NCBI GenBank assembly: GCA_002633005.1
Contig: NMRA01000264.1
Coordinates: forward strand, 504,859-568,858
DNA from: Phoronis australis
Taxonomy: Eukaryota; Animalia; Phoronida
DNA length: 64,000 bases
Direction: 5' to 3'
The stretch's first letter is position 1; every line of letters starts with the position of its first letter. Of this stretch, positions 38,544 to 51,235 are shown piece by piece. Below the pieces are notes generated by a model, which was given only the letters and a program-made list of their open reading frames with translations, did not search any database and was not told where the DNA came from. A program made the position numbers and the translations under genes.

Positions 38544-41500
38544 GTTTATATGCAGATGTGGGGTTATTATTTGAAACCTTGCAGCGGGGTAAAATTTTGA
38601 GACCTTGTTCCGGGGTATATATAAAATATATAGCCCGCAATTATATATGCCCCATTGGGTATATGCCACGGAGCAATATATATCCCGCAATAATATATAC
38701 CTCACTAGGTATATGCCCCAGTACAATATATAGCCCGCAAGTATATATGTCCCGTTTGGTGTATACAATATATAGCCCACAACTTTATATGTCCCGTTAG
38801 ATATATGCCTCACTACATTATATATCCCGGTTTTCCACTGTTCTACAATCCACCCAATATACGAGCCCAGCAACTACATGTATATATGTGTCACATTCGG
38901 TTAAATTCTTTATGTGCCAAAATACACTCCTCCAAACACCACTTTAATAACCTGTATGCGTCCACAACAGATTTTACCACTTTCGAACTTAGAAATGTAT
39001 GATGCTTTTATCTGTTTATTATTCGGAAACGTGAGCAGATGACACTACATGTATCTGTGTCAGGCTCTACGGTGTAAATTGATACCTTTGATAAAAATAC
39101 TCTTCTAGTCTACAAATACGTTGGCACCATTTTGAATGACATTTTTGCTTAATTCGCCATCAAAAGTCTCACAGATGAACGTTTAATCATTTATTGATCT
39201 TGCACATAGTGAACTATGAATACCATAATTATCTTTAAAATCAAGTGAAGGGCACCAAAAATAGAGGAATATACATCCATAGGAACAATGCTTGTGATAT
39301 GCATGTACAAACAGTTTCATCCTGCACATCTTAGCAGACTTCCAGTCACCACAATTTTAAAATCCAACCATCTTAGTAACAATTACCACTAAAAATCTAA
39401 TTAAAGAAAATTTGACAGTTTTAGATTATTTGGTGTTTGCTTTTTTCATACAAAATCTCTCATGCATAGTGACTACAATTCTCAATAAATGAAAGCAGTT
39501 ATTTTTAAAGATGTTTAAACTGCAAAAACTGCAATGTCATTTGCCTGTATTGTCTAATTAACAAAACTCCAGTTCTGACTGGCTGTGGTTGAAGTGATGA
39601 TGGTGATGATGAAGACCCTAAGGAACGATGGCGGCACTGTATATCTTAAGACAAAAAAACATAATTAAAATATTCATTGTCACTATCATTAGTAATGGCA
39701 GATCCTGGTAACTTCACTACGCCATTATCAAATGTCCTGCTATCATCACTTTGAGCATCACGAACAGATCCCAATGACTATTTTCCCACCTCGATGGAGA
39801 CTGTCGTATTGTCATCATCACTCTCAGCATCATTGCATAGTTTGGAAATTTTTCCTTTATCTTAAAAGTCTCCAGACTTCGTACTCTTGATGACATTAAT
39901 TCAATGTATGGCCTGAAAATAAAATTGAAGTTTTTAAACATACATTTTCCTATGATAAAGGTTTGAAGATTGGGCAGGATGTTCTTTTCCATAATAAATG
40001 CATTGTGAAAGCTCTCATAAAACAGCTTTTGTTACTGTGTCTGAGACTTAATTTTAGGGAATTACAGGCATTTTTTGAATATTTTATTAAACTTAGGCCT
40101 GACAAGTATCTACTTAGTTTCATTTTTTACACTTTCCACAATTTACTTAGAGTAGAACTGTAATCATTTGGCAGGTATCCTTGCACACATAGCAAAAGCT
40201 ATCATTCCTGTGAGGTATATATTTAGTTATGAAATCTTTAGTTATACTTTACGCGTACATGTATGTCTTGTTCATATGGTAAACATTTGTCACCACTGGA
40301 GCATGAATTTAGCTTTGAGGTTTGTACATTAGCGCTACCATTTTTTGTTGTCGCACTAAGGATTGAACCTAACACTGGAGCTTCAGACCATAGGCGTGGA
40401 TCCTACATTCTTACTAAAATACACTATTTTACACAAACAATAATATAACATTAACAATTATAATAATAACAATACTTCTGTGATTTCTTCGTAGTTCAAA
40501 TCTGTTAGGTGTGTCCCCTTTAGCATCCTTGCAAAGGGGACAAAGGGGAGTTAGTAGGAAAGACGTTTTAGGAGCAGTGGCCTTTTTACAGGTTTTTGGT
40601 CTCAAGACCAAAGGACCTTTATTCTAAAGAGTGTTAACCTGAAAAAATTGAGCTTTGTTTGTTTGTGAAAATTTGACTTCACTTAAAAAGGAAACTAAAC
40701 CATGTTTTGATGAACTCAACCAACCCTGCTCCTGTCATTTGCTCATGCATCATTGGCATCAATCTTGAAAGAGCTGGAATTGCTAAAAACTTGCACCCCT
40801 ATCTTGCCTTTTGGTCCTTGGTGGGTGGTCTTTTCACACAGTTGCCATGAAATTCTCTAAAGCGTAGTCGCGCTTGGCCGTTTAGCTGACTTTCAAGAGT
40901 TTCAAAACTTTCCGAACTTTTCAGAGTTGTCGAGAGTTACAGGCCGTTATTTTGTTCCTGGATAGTAAATATGTTTTTGTATTTGGTGATAAGTCAAAAC
41001 CGAGTATGCCTTCCTTTTGATTTTCTGAAGTGTCTTTGGTCGGAAGGGCCATTGGTCTGATTGGCCCACTGAGCATTACATCTTGCAATAAGCCTGATTA
41101 NNNNNNNNNNNNNNNNCAAATTGAAAGAAAAATCAAAATTTCGAGCTAATTACACAAAATAAACATGGGTTTAGCTAAATTTTACGTCATACATTTATTC
41201 TGTGGCCACCGGTAATTCAAAATGTGCAAAAATCCATGGTGTGTACTGTTTAAGAGTTTTCAAACTTGCTCCAAACCGATTGGCAAGGGAATATTTTATT
41301 TCAAAGGTCCAGTTTAGCAGTCATTTGTTATTAGACCAATAACGCGTTTCTTTTAAAAGCATCAGCTCTCCGTACCGGAGAGCGCCGAAGGTCAAATTTA
41401 CCAATAAGTTAAATGAATACCAAAATCTGTTTTTGTGGTTTCAACCAGTCCTAGTTCTTTCCCCTTCTAATACACCATTGGCGTCTCACATCCAGGTTCA

Positions 41501-44500
41501 GCTGGAATTCAGAATGGATGGTATGGTTCTTGGTGGGTGGTCTTTAACCCAGTTGATAGCTCCATTTTAAATCGTCACGCTTTCCGGTTTAGCAAACTTT
41601 GTACGAATTTGATTTTAAATTTACTCCAATTTTTTTAGGATTGACGATTATCACAGAGCAATATTTTGCTATAGAGAGTTAGATAGGCAAGTCTAATTAA
41701 TTAAGCACACTTTAGGGCGCCTGTACAAAACACGGGCCCCGTTATTCAACAAAAAAACGGACAAAAGCGCAGAGCACTGACATACATTTGTATTGCTATA
41801 AGTGACGTTGGAGTGAAATCGATAGAGTTCTAGAGACTACGTAAGACAATTCTTCCTCCTGACAAGAGCCTCTAAAGCTGATAAAACTTTAAAAATTCGC
41901 CATTGATGTGAGTCGTAGTAACGATCACTGTAGGATCCAAGTGATCCACGGAGGACTGACAATAATAATTCTATATTTGCCGAGGCTTGCAGATAAGAAA
42001 AAGACAGCAATACCACAGACAAGAGACTAGTTCACATTTGCCAGTCAAACAGTCAGACGGAGTCTTAGGAAGAAATTCCTTAAAAAACGTGAGCCCAGCT
42101 GAATTGAGTGGCGGGAACAAATCACGGCCTGCGTTTCAAGAATATTTACTTTTGTTCTTTGGAAATAAACGAACTCAGAGAGAGGAATGTTGCTCTCATT
42201 CTTTGACCTCGAGCAATTTTACTCTCACAGTCCGATGACTTCATTTGCCTAGGGTATAGGTTTAATACCGGTAATTGCGATCACAGATGCTTCTGGCCTC
42301 TAATTTCATTACCTCTGGTTATAAATTTAATAATGAGTAAATTTGTTTACTATAATCAAAGGCTCATTGTTTCTGCAGCTTGTAACTGTTTATGTCAGGA
42401 ACAGATACTTGTGACGTTTGGGCGGCGTGAATGAAAGCCGATATATGGAACGCCCCTAGCGTCACCTTGACGGGTCTTTTCTGACACGTTACGAATCATC
42501 GAAGCGCGTCGGACTTGTCTCGAAAGGTACTTCCCAAGTGTGTCAAATTACCGCCTCAATACTGTGCGACCAACAAGACGTTGTGGTTTGGTCAGCAATG
42601 ATGTATGCTTCGATGTCAGTCAGTTTACGGTCCCAACTCACCCGACATCTGACTAGCCTAAGCCTTCCACTTTGCATTTGACCAACAAGGGACAAGTTTA
42701 CATCTAAGGAGTGTAGCACCCTGGAAAAGTACAACGGTGGCTTCTGCGTTAGAGTCGCGTGTACAGTCAAAAATGTTATAAGCAAAAGATTGTTTATCCA
42801 AATAAACGAGGCCAACGCTGTGAGTGACGAGGACTTGATGTCTGTGACCTTGGATAATTTTCTCAGTGCTGTGCCAACAGTTGTTGAGTCCTTGTAGCTT
42901 CTGTTTGCTTAATCAGGGAAGATGTACTAGTTTTGCTCAGCGGAGACAGGACATTGTGTAGGTAGTTTTTGTGCGAGGCAGTGCTGGCCATTTTTTATAT
43001 TTTTTCTTTGTGTCAAATGCTCAGTCTTTGTAATTGTCAGTCACGTCAAAACATGACGATCTCATTGGTTTGGTCAACACTCTGTATAACCTTAACACTG
43101 ATTGGTTCTTTTAAGAACATCGACAGCATCACTGACAGTCAGTGTGTTAAATAACTCGTCACGTGTCAGAAAAGACCCGTTACAAGGTGATGCTAGTGGC
43201 GTACGGCTCCTGGTAAACACTCGCTGATGACGGAAGTAATCGTACAAGAGGACAAAACTATTACTTGTCGTGTAACAGTATACCTGATATGGGTGGCGGG
43301 TCTTGACATAAAACTTCTCCGACTGTGCTGCCTGTAGCGAGATATGTTAGGTTATGATTTTGAACAGGCATATTTTATTTTAAAAATCGTGCTAAGCAAC
43401 TGACTGTTCAGAAAAGCCCAAGTCAAATACTGGAATTTGGTTACTTGAGTTAGCGACGTCGCGTCCGTCTCTCATGGACTTCAGCTTGGCTAGTGGTGTA
43501 ACAATGATTCTGCCCAAACAGGTAGCGTTTGCCAGATTACGCGGCATCGAGGTCAGGACACTATCCCATATGTGTGACAACTGGAACCTTAATCCACCTT
43601 GTTTATTCAGAGAGGGGAGCTCAATGCGCTCGCGCAAAGCTTCTTTGACACCCCTTCTGAACCAGTCTTCAACCATCCATAAACCGTTTAATTCCCCCCG
43701 CATGCTGTCAAGGATAAGACTCATCCTGGTGATATGCTTAGTTTATGGTGTTCAGAACAAGGACCCCCAGTGCTCAGGCAGCCATGTAGGTGAACCTGAT
43801 CAGTCCTTAAAATGCGTATGCCTCAACCTGGTCGCTCTAGTTCAAGCCAAGTCAAGTCAAGTCATTTTATTTATAGTCGGTTTAAGTAAAACAAGAGAAA
43901 AACATTAACCATAGGCCAGTACACGACAAATAAATACATAAGTTATAAAATAAATAAATATATATATAAAATAATAACAAAATTTAAAATACTATATACA
44001 AGGTTAACAAGATTGAGCAAAATAGCACCATAGGAGAGAAGATTATGTATGATTCAAGAAATCACAGGTTCTGCACTGACAGGGAGGCTCAGTCCATGCG
44101 TTTGCATACTGCACAAGTCTTCAGTTAAATGCAGGCTCGATTTCGCCTCCTCTGATAAAGAATTCCACAAATTAGAGCCATAGCCTCTGAAAGATCGTAG
44201 ACCATACCGAGTGGTTCTACACTGAGGAATGTTTGTCCTATTGGATGATCTCAAATTATATGGGGTCCTGTGAATTGTGAGAAGGTCCCACAGAAATGGG
44301 GTGACAAATGGCTCAAAATTTTGAAAGCTTCTTTTAGAATCATTCTCTGGGGTCTAACAAGCTCAAGAGTAGGCAGATTAGCTCTCAATAATAGAGTTTC
44401 ATTTGAGCTAGAAAATCATCAAATACAAAACGCAGAGCCCTACATTGAACTCGCTCACTCTTATGTGTATTGACTTGGCCACAAAAATGCCAAATTAAAG

Positions 44501-47500
44501 CACAGTAGAGAAACGGGGATAAAATAAAACATTGAAAATCATCTTCCGGCTACTAAAGTCTGGAATCCTAGGCAGACGCTGTAAAACATTGAGCTGAGCT
44601 CCTGTCTTTCGGCATAAAACTTTGATATGGTTGTCAAAACTGAGGTCCTCATTGATTACAACACCAAGTAATTTAACGTCCACCTCACTGGTGATTTTGT
44701 CTCCTTCAACCTCGTCAACAGTCCTGGATACATTCTTGGAGTCATGAAGATATATAGAATGAAGTTTTGATGGATTTGCCTCCATCATATTTTGCTTGAA
44801 CCAGGTAATTGGTTTTGAAGACTCGGATATGTCAGTATGGCAATGACATCATCTCTTATGCGAGCACTTGCTGAGAGAGCCGTTATCATCAGGATAATTA
44901 TACAACTGTGCCTCAGTAAATAAGACACTGATATCATTCGCAAAAGTATTGAACAGAACTGAACCCATGATGGACCCCTGTGGCACTCCCTTGACTATAT
45001 CTAGCCAATCACTAGACATTCCACCTATCCTAACACGCTGTTTCCTTCCTGACAGATAGGATCATAAAAAGACACATGCCTGCTCACTCACACTCTAGTT
45101 ACGGGGACACATATGATTCGGCTATTTTTAGCCTTTGCACCACCGGACAAGATTTTGAAACTAATGATGTCACTAGTATCCTAGACTGTGAGGAAGATTG
45201 GTTCAGATGGACGTAAGAGAATTAGCTCTGCACGAGTGCATCGAGCGCCCCTCTTTGAATAAACAAGGTGGATTAAGGTTTCAACTGCCACACTTATGGT
45301 ATAGTGTCCTGACGTAAAGCCGCGCCAACTGGCTAAAACGTCATATATTGGCCAGAACGATTGTAAAACCACAGACAAGCTGAAGTTCGTGAGAGACGGG
45401 CGCAACGTCGCTAAATCAAGTTCAAGGTACCTAAACTACACGGTCAACGGACTCATAAACACGTGCACGGACGCATGAACACGGCTCAGGCGGATTTGCA
45501 AACACCGTCCACTGACTCACAAACACGGGAACGGACTCACAAAACACGATCCACGCACCCAAATAAACGGGATACGGACTCATATTCACAAGGAAACACG
45601 GTTAACGGACCGCCAAACACGGGTCACGGACTCATCGGCTTCCTAGGTCAGCTGACATGTGTTTGGCGGCCCGTTAACTGTGTTAACTTTCCTCGTGAAT
45701 ATGAGTCCGTGTCCCGTGTATTTGGGTGTGTGGATCGAGTTTTGTGAGTCCGTTCCCGTGTTTTGTGAGTCAGAGGACGGTGTTTGCAGGTCCGTGAGTC
45801 GTGTTTATGAGTCCGTTGCCCGCGTAGTTTAGGTACCTTGAAGTTAGTAAAATTCAGTATATGACTACATTTTTCTGTATTTTGTTGCCTCAACTAGATG
45901 ACTCAAAATTTCCATGCTTTTACTGACCGATTTCCTGTAACAAAGCGTTTCACCAAAATATTGTCGCCTGAGTGCTTTCCACCTCGTTGTATGACAGAGA
46001 GAATAAGATAACAGTTCATAAAAAAGATCCATGTTAAACGTGACTGTACAATCATCTCTATGATAAGAAGCGTATGTATCCTTTACAGTATGGCTGCCTG
46101 TCAAAGAGAAGCTCTCTAACTGAAATTATGCATATTATGCCCATTGTTTCTGAAAAGTCAACAACGGCGGTCAAAACAAACGAATGCGTCCATCTAAAGA
46201 AGAATTAGAAGTTTCAATCATGTACTGTGTATTTAATTGACGAGTTGAATAACGTCATCTTGCCATTCATACATGTACCTCACCATTGAGCTCTGAAAGG
46301 GAGATTTTATAGACGTATCAAAGATCTCAATTATTAACTGGCCCTATATCTAACGAAAATTGTTTAAGTCCAATAATTTTGGTCAATTCTCTTTAGCAAT
46401 AATTTCTTTTCATTAGACAATTCTTTCCGGGTGTTAAAACACTCAGAGAAACCCTTTAAATGGGTTTAGCAAAGTAGACGCCTGCCGTGTAACGTCAGGT
46501 AACAAAACTGACCGTGACCTTATTGAGCTAGTCGAGCTGAATGTAATGCAAAATACATCGTTATTAATCGCATGCTCCGGCAAAATCACTTACCGTTTCG
46601 TAGTGCCTCATACAGTCTGCAACAAACCTCTTTCACTCCGATCGGGCGAGCATCAAGGCAATAGAAAGTCGACAAGTATAAACGCAGCTTGCAGGTTTTG
46701 TACAAAACCGGTATAAATTTGCTCTTTAAATTGAAGATGGACAATTGTCTTTGATAATCATCGAAACTGGTTTGCGCTGATGGACTCAGGATGGCCACAG
46801 TTATCTCGCTTTCTTGAACGAACTCTTCGATGCCACTAATTATCGTTTTTCCTAAACGTATATCTTCTTTCGTGACACATTTTATGTTGTAACGTTTTTT
46901 AAGCAGACTACACATTTTGTTCGCGTAACCTGCATCAAAGTCGCTGCTTAGTATAAACATATGGTTCCGATTTCCCGATTCGTCATCGCTGTCTGTAAAA
47001 CTAAGAATACATCACAATTGTGAATCATATTGTACATATAAATTGATGTTAAATCTTGCCTGTAACAATCAAATGAAGAAATTACTGATACGTTATACAT
47101 CTTGATGCATCCGGCTTTTATGTAAACAAAATTGTGTAGGCGCTATAAGACATTTTATCTTGATGTAATACTTCACGAAAGAATTGCAAGGCAACTTCTT
47201 TAAAACATATACCTTAATAATTTTGGGTACTTGGTTCGAGTGCAGTGGTCCCACCATCGAATAACTCTAGGTTATGTAAGGTTAGTTTGGGTTTTTGAAA
47301 CAAGTCTCTCCCTGTGAGAACATGGACCTAAAGACTGGCTACTACTTCGAGTCTCTCTTATTTGTTCTCGAGAAAGCTAACCATTACTTTTTAAGTTCAC
47401 GGCGACAATTCTTATTTTGAAAGAAAAAATACTTACCTTTCTTTGTGACCTCCAGTGATTTTACGCAAGCCAAATGCATTGTTGTCTATGCCCTTTGATT

Positions 47501-49399
47501 CCTCTCCAGTTTCCATTGTTAAATAATTCTATGAAAATGTTAAAATTTGACACATATCTCAGAAGGCTAGTGAGCTTTAACTGAAAGTTTTACATGCTAT
47601 GCTTTCTACACTTTTCTCCAGAACGCGCCGGGACAATAATTAGTTTAAATGTGACACTTTAATCAAAATATTAATTTTATTCTCAAAAAGTTGCATCAAA
47701 TAAAAACAAAATGATAATGGGCATAACAGTGACAGTGTTTTCGATAATTTTTTAAATATCTACATTTCAATATCAAATTATGCAGGCTTTCTCTTTTCAG
47801 AAATTATAGTTTTACTGAGTTCTACTGGCTGAGGCCACTGTAGCCTTGGTTCAAAGCTGTATAGTCTTCATACAGGTAGCTGGCTGGCTAAAGCCACTGC
47901 AGTTAAAAGAGCTGCTCACCTGGCAAGACAACGCAGCACTGAGGCAGGCAACCAGCCAATTATACCACCTTTTCCGATAGCCAAAAATTGATGTGAGCCC
48001 TAGCGAAACCAAGGGTCAACTGTCACCGCGTTAATGCTTGCATTATGAGCTTAGCAAAGCTTACAACCGAGAGAACTGCCATTATGCACTGGTAAGGGCC
48101 CATGTAGGAATTGACGGCAATGAAAACACAGATACATACGTGTTGGAAAAAGCGTTCTGAACCTCCTATCCTGATATCCTACAGAAATGCTGCGGGATGA
48201 GTGAACAGACCTTATTATGTACCCTGATCAGCAGCCCAGTGGTCATCGCTTAACTCCTGTATAGAAACCAAGGAAAACTGCCCCAATACGATCAAACCAA
48301 AAAGTTTGAAAAACCCGAGGCTTCTTAGATTGGGCACAAGACATGCCATTCACATATAAAAACCAACAGGTAGAGTCTATACCCAAAAGCACAGACTTTT
48401 TTGGTACTTAGCACATGAGTTTGCTTTAGTGATGTGTAGAAAATTTCGATTTTTAAGAATGTGCATCTATTATTTATCTTTTTATGACATGTACCTCCAT
48501 TTTGCAACAAAATTGGACGCCGAAGTAGATATGTTTGAATACATTTTACTAGCATGTATAGCTAGCTGATAACAAATGAGTGATACAGATTTCAGGGACT
48601 ATTATTGAATAATTTAATGGCATAACTTTCAAAATTCATTTTAAAATTTGTATGTTTTGACTTTGTGTGGCAAAAACGGTTATTTTGTAGACACATTTCT
48701 GAGCATGTGGGTTGCCCAGTGTGTGCTGAGTGCTGTACTCGCATTGAAACCTCTACCTATACACGTGGTAGTCTTTCCCAGTTTTTAATAGGCTAAAGAG
48801 CAAGCTTTTGAATGGCCCCAATTGTCTGCCTAACATAAAGTGTATTCGGCGACAAATAAAAAGTGGATACTTTTCTCAGGAAGAACGTGAACAGGAATCT
48901 CGTGATAGTTAGGTCAGGTGTTTGTCCATTGCCCCAACCATGAGGCCTGCGCACGTCTGGTGCACCGCAAAAGACATCAGTTAGTCTGCATTCCTTTCTG
49001 CTTCATGAGTAGTTGAACTATTCCCATTTATGTTTTTTAAAGAAAAAACACCTCAGATCAGGTAAAGGGGTTTGTTTTCTAGGCTGAACGAACTGACGCC
49101 GAGGGTGAATGTAGTTCAGTTTTGCTAGCTTGGATTGCTTTCGTGAGCCCTTTACAAATAAAAAAGTTGAAGTGATGCGATCCAGAATTTTTGCAGTAAC
49201 AAGTCTTCATGCTGCCAATGTGGATTTAGAACTGTTCCATATCCTTTGCAGTAACTCTGGGGTACGAGAGTTCTACCAAATAACACGCAAAAACGTAATA
49301 AGTGATGACTGAGAAAAGCGATTTTTGATAGATATTGCAACACTAATAGCATAATATCATACCTGTGAGTTTACCTCAATTGTGTCTGTTGCTGTGGAC
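29918..49399 (-). CDS. TIR-domain protein with two predicted transmembrane segments and an unassigned C-terminal domain (multi-exon, model partly tentative)
   Basis: Minus-strand exons: 49363-49399, 47437-47528, 46594-46988 (TIR), 45928-46097, about 37700-37937 (TM1), 36543-36737 (TM2), 34797-34944, 32285 to about 32380, 31508-31573, 30224-30376 (GC donor), 29918-30139 (stop). Most junctions are phase-compatible. The donor near 37.7 kb and the 34797 to 32.3 kb junction are not resolved. Start codon uncertain (ATG 47516 or further upstream). Confidence 0.65.
32525..33070. mobile_element. dispersed DNA-transposon-like repeat; inverted copy at about 19.5-19.92 kb
   Basis: ttaaGGTTATCTCAAACC end matches the reverse complement of ggtctgagataacc at 19.9 kb; shared aaaacgctgttagg block. 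Confidence 0.55.
33510..34600 (-). mobile_element. Academ-like transposase pseudogene fragment
   Basis: Frameshifted motifs METTFMRYG..GGL..WALSLHIC, HELEPIPTSMF, IIDGS..VVHWP, IFDR, EEAN, VSDD..F. Confidence 0.7.
35215..35910 (-). mobile_element. ISL2EU/Harbinger-like remnant: THAP plus DDE_Tnp_4 fragment, internally deleted
   Basis: THAP CCIPG..RKQWI..RVCSEHFKGG; DDE TDKVVTESSGLVDLLQKEDSVMADRGF. Confidence 0.75.
36543..37937 (-). CDS. two transmembrane-segment exons of the TIR gene (about 37700-37937 and 36543-36737)
   Basis: VFFYSLLAAIYGGVFPLVVRIFIFAFAHF and NILIALVVFTLAQYAL followed by basic RAFRSRFKKR; AG acceptors and a GTAAGT donor. Confidence 0.65.
37349..37564 (-). mobile_element. 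Crypton (DUF3504-type) fragment
   Basis: VARKKGGDYEP resembles the RKxDGxxYEPxSL motif. Confidence 0.5.
38050..38880. repeat. (CA)n-like, (CT)n(TA)n microsatellites and tatatagcccgca-type minisatellite
   Basis: seen directly. Confidence 0.85.
41830..42230 (+). mobile_element. Crypton tyrosine-recombinase remnant
   Basis: VLGRNSLKN..AELSG then frameshifted TNHGLR (cf. GxNxL..TNHSLR). Confidence 0.5.
42450..43202. mobile_element. MITE with about 45-bp TIRs
   Basis: ctagcgtcaccttgacgggtcttttctgacacg / cgtgtcagaaaagacccgttacaaggtgatgctag. Confidence 0.75.
43500..43835 (-). mobile_element. Penelope-like GIY-YIG C-terminal fragment
   Basis: WFRRGVKEALRERIELPSLNKQGGLRFQLSHIWD. Confidence 0.7.
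43847..45090 (-). mobile_element. 5'-truncated L2/CR1-group LINE (RT remnant)
   Basis: GVPQGSIMG..YPDD, VKLLGVVI..LSFDNHI, TTRYGLRSF..LWNSL; (CTTGA)n 3' tail. Confidence 0.88.
45423..45840. mobile_element. foldback MITE with 5-bp TSD
   Basis: CAAGGTACCTAAACTAC.. arms about 200 bp; perfect AAGTT duplication on both flanks. Confidence 0.88.
45928..46097 (-). CDS. exon following the TIR domain
   Basis: ctttgacAG acceptor in phase 1 matching the TIR donor; open frame SHTVKDTY..LCYRKS; GTCAGT donor. Confidence 0.7.
46594..46988 (-). CDS. TIR domain exon
   Basis: HMFILSSDFD (box1), EDIRLGKTIISGIEEFVQESEITVAILSP (BB loop, betaC), KFIPVLYKTC..YLSTFYCLD. GTAAGT donor at 46593 means the stop shown in the ORF track is intronic. 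Confidence 0.88.
47870..48200 (+). mobile_element. non-LTR retrotransposon RNase H remnant
   Basis: SDSQ and VRAHVGIDGNENTD motifs. Confidence 0.65.
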
Positions 49400-50499
49400 C
49401 TGGAAATGCGATTTGTATGCGACACTGTTTTATTTAAAGGCGATCATTCAATAGCCCTTTGTCAATGTCTATCGAAACTTGGTACATTGGTAAATGGAAA
49501 CTGAAACCATTTTTTTAACAAATTGATGAACGTCAACTTAATTTAACCGTTATTATGCATGTGCGCGCCAGGGGAATACAAATATTCATTTTATACAGGT
49601 ATTAGCCTTGAACTTCCATGGCAGTTCACGGCATTTGTTTTTTAAAACCAAGTATTTATCAATCAGTATCTGAGCAGACCTCACAAACAGGCAAAATTCG
49701 CGCGATCACACGCTTCGACAAAGCGTCTCGTAGAAAATTGTTTTCTTTTCAGTCAATGTACAAAGTGTTATAAGACCGCTGGCCAACAATGCAAATAGTA
49801 ACGCATATACAATTGTGTACACACAAGCACACATGGTATAGATCAACAATAGATTCACATTTTTTTAGTTTAAAAAACAACACGTTTCCTAGTTCATTTA
49901 TACAGGGCAGACGTTAATGTTTTCATTACAACAGAGAACTTCGGCTACACAGTAAATGCAAAATGATGGCATGTGAGTCACTAGGGATTACAGGTTCACG
50001 CTCGCGTGTTCGTTATGGTACATCAAAATGTTTCGGCTAAACGTACACGTATGCCCGTTTTACGGGTCGCGGATTGATTCCCGATTGCCGAACTCGTTAC
50101 TTCCTCTGAATAAAACCTGTTATGTTGCAATCAGGGTCCCATGAAGCTGACTGTCCATCGATAACTGGCTGGTTAGGACTACGTGAAGCTGTGGTGGCAC
50201 GGTGGGGGGGAGGGGGCAAAGTTACGACCGCGGTGACATCATTATATTATAGCCGGTGGAACCAATCAATATCCCTGGCATAAAAATTCCAAGCTGCCAT
50301 TTTACGATGCCAAAGGTGATTTTGGGCAAAAATGCGGAAAAAACTTTATGTTTGATTGACAAACTCTCAGGTACTCACGTTTGCTTTGAATATTTCAAAT
50401 GAAAGTATTCAACGTATTTGTTTTATTGAAATATCAAATTACGGAAACTGAGATATTTTGGCACGAACCATGATTGTACCTTTTCTATGTCTGTAACAT

Positions 50500-50585
50500 G
50501 TCACTACTCCAAAGGCTCACTACTCCGAAGGCTCACTACTTCGAAAGTTCGATTCTCCAAAACCACGTTCACTACTACGAAGCCA
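50500..50585. repeat. 16-bp tandem repeat (cactactccgaaggct), probable transposon subterminal array
   Basis: 4-5 degenerate copies. Confidence 0.6.
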
Positions 50586-51235
50586 GAGTGCTAGTGTCTC
50601 GTTAGAAAAACAAGATATCGCGAGATATCGCCGTGTATTTTCAACGAGGGCCCATGAGTTTGGCTAGGATTTTCTTGCCGTGAGACAGTTATTGAACAGT
50701 GTCAATTACTCGGCCGAAATTTCAATTCACCACTCTGACTGTCTGGTGAGTCGGAGCTGATATGCATAAAGTATGGCAGCTGTCTCCATTTAGTAACCAG
50801 TTATATGAAGGATACATTCAAGTGGAAAATGAACTTAACTTTCAACAATATTAAGGTCACAAAAAATACCCACTATCTGCGAACTTTCAGTACTCGGGGG
50901 CTGGGGGGCTATAGCCTCCTTTTTCGGTGCTTAAAATTTATGTTAAAAAAATGTGAATCCCAGAAATTTGTGGTTGTTCCTTTTCGGAGAGCATTTTTCT
51001 ACTGTCGCTGACTTTTGTTTACGCTGCTGTCCTATATTCACACTGCATGAATAACACACCGGCCAGATATGTGTTTACTGTAGATGTATGTGCTTCAAGC
51101 ACGCGATTACTAAACATTACTGCAGAAACGAAATAGTTGCTGTTACGTCACTTGCATGACAAGGCTAAAAATCGTTCATAATCCGCCATTTTCTTTCTTT
51201 GTTGTAAAGCTAACCAATGACTGCCGAGGTTATAT

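Noticed and set aside
46586-46960. stand-alone 124-aa TIR-only protein
   Set aside because: A GTAAGT donor precedes the stop and an in-phase downstream exon exists; a retained-intron short isoform is not excluded.
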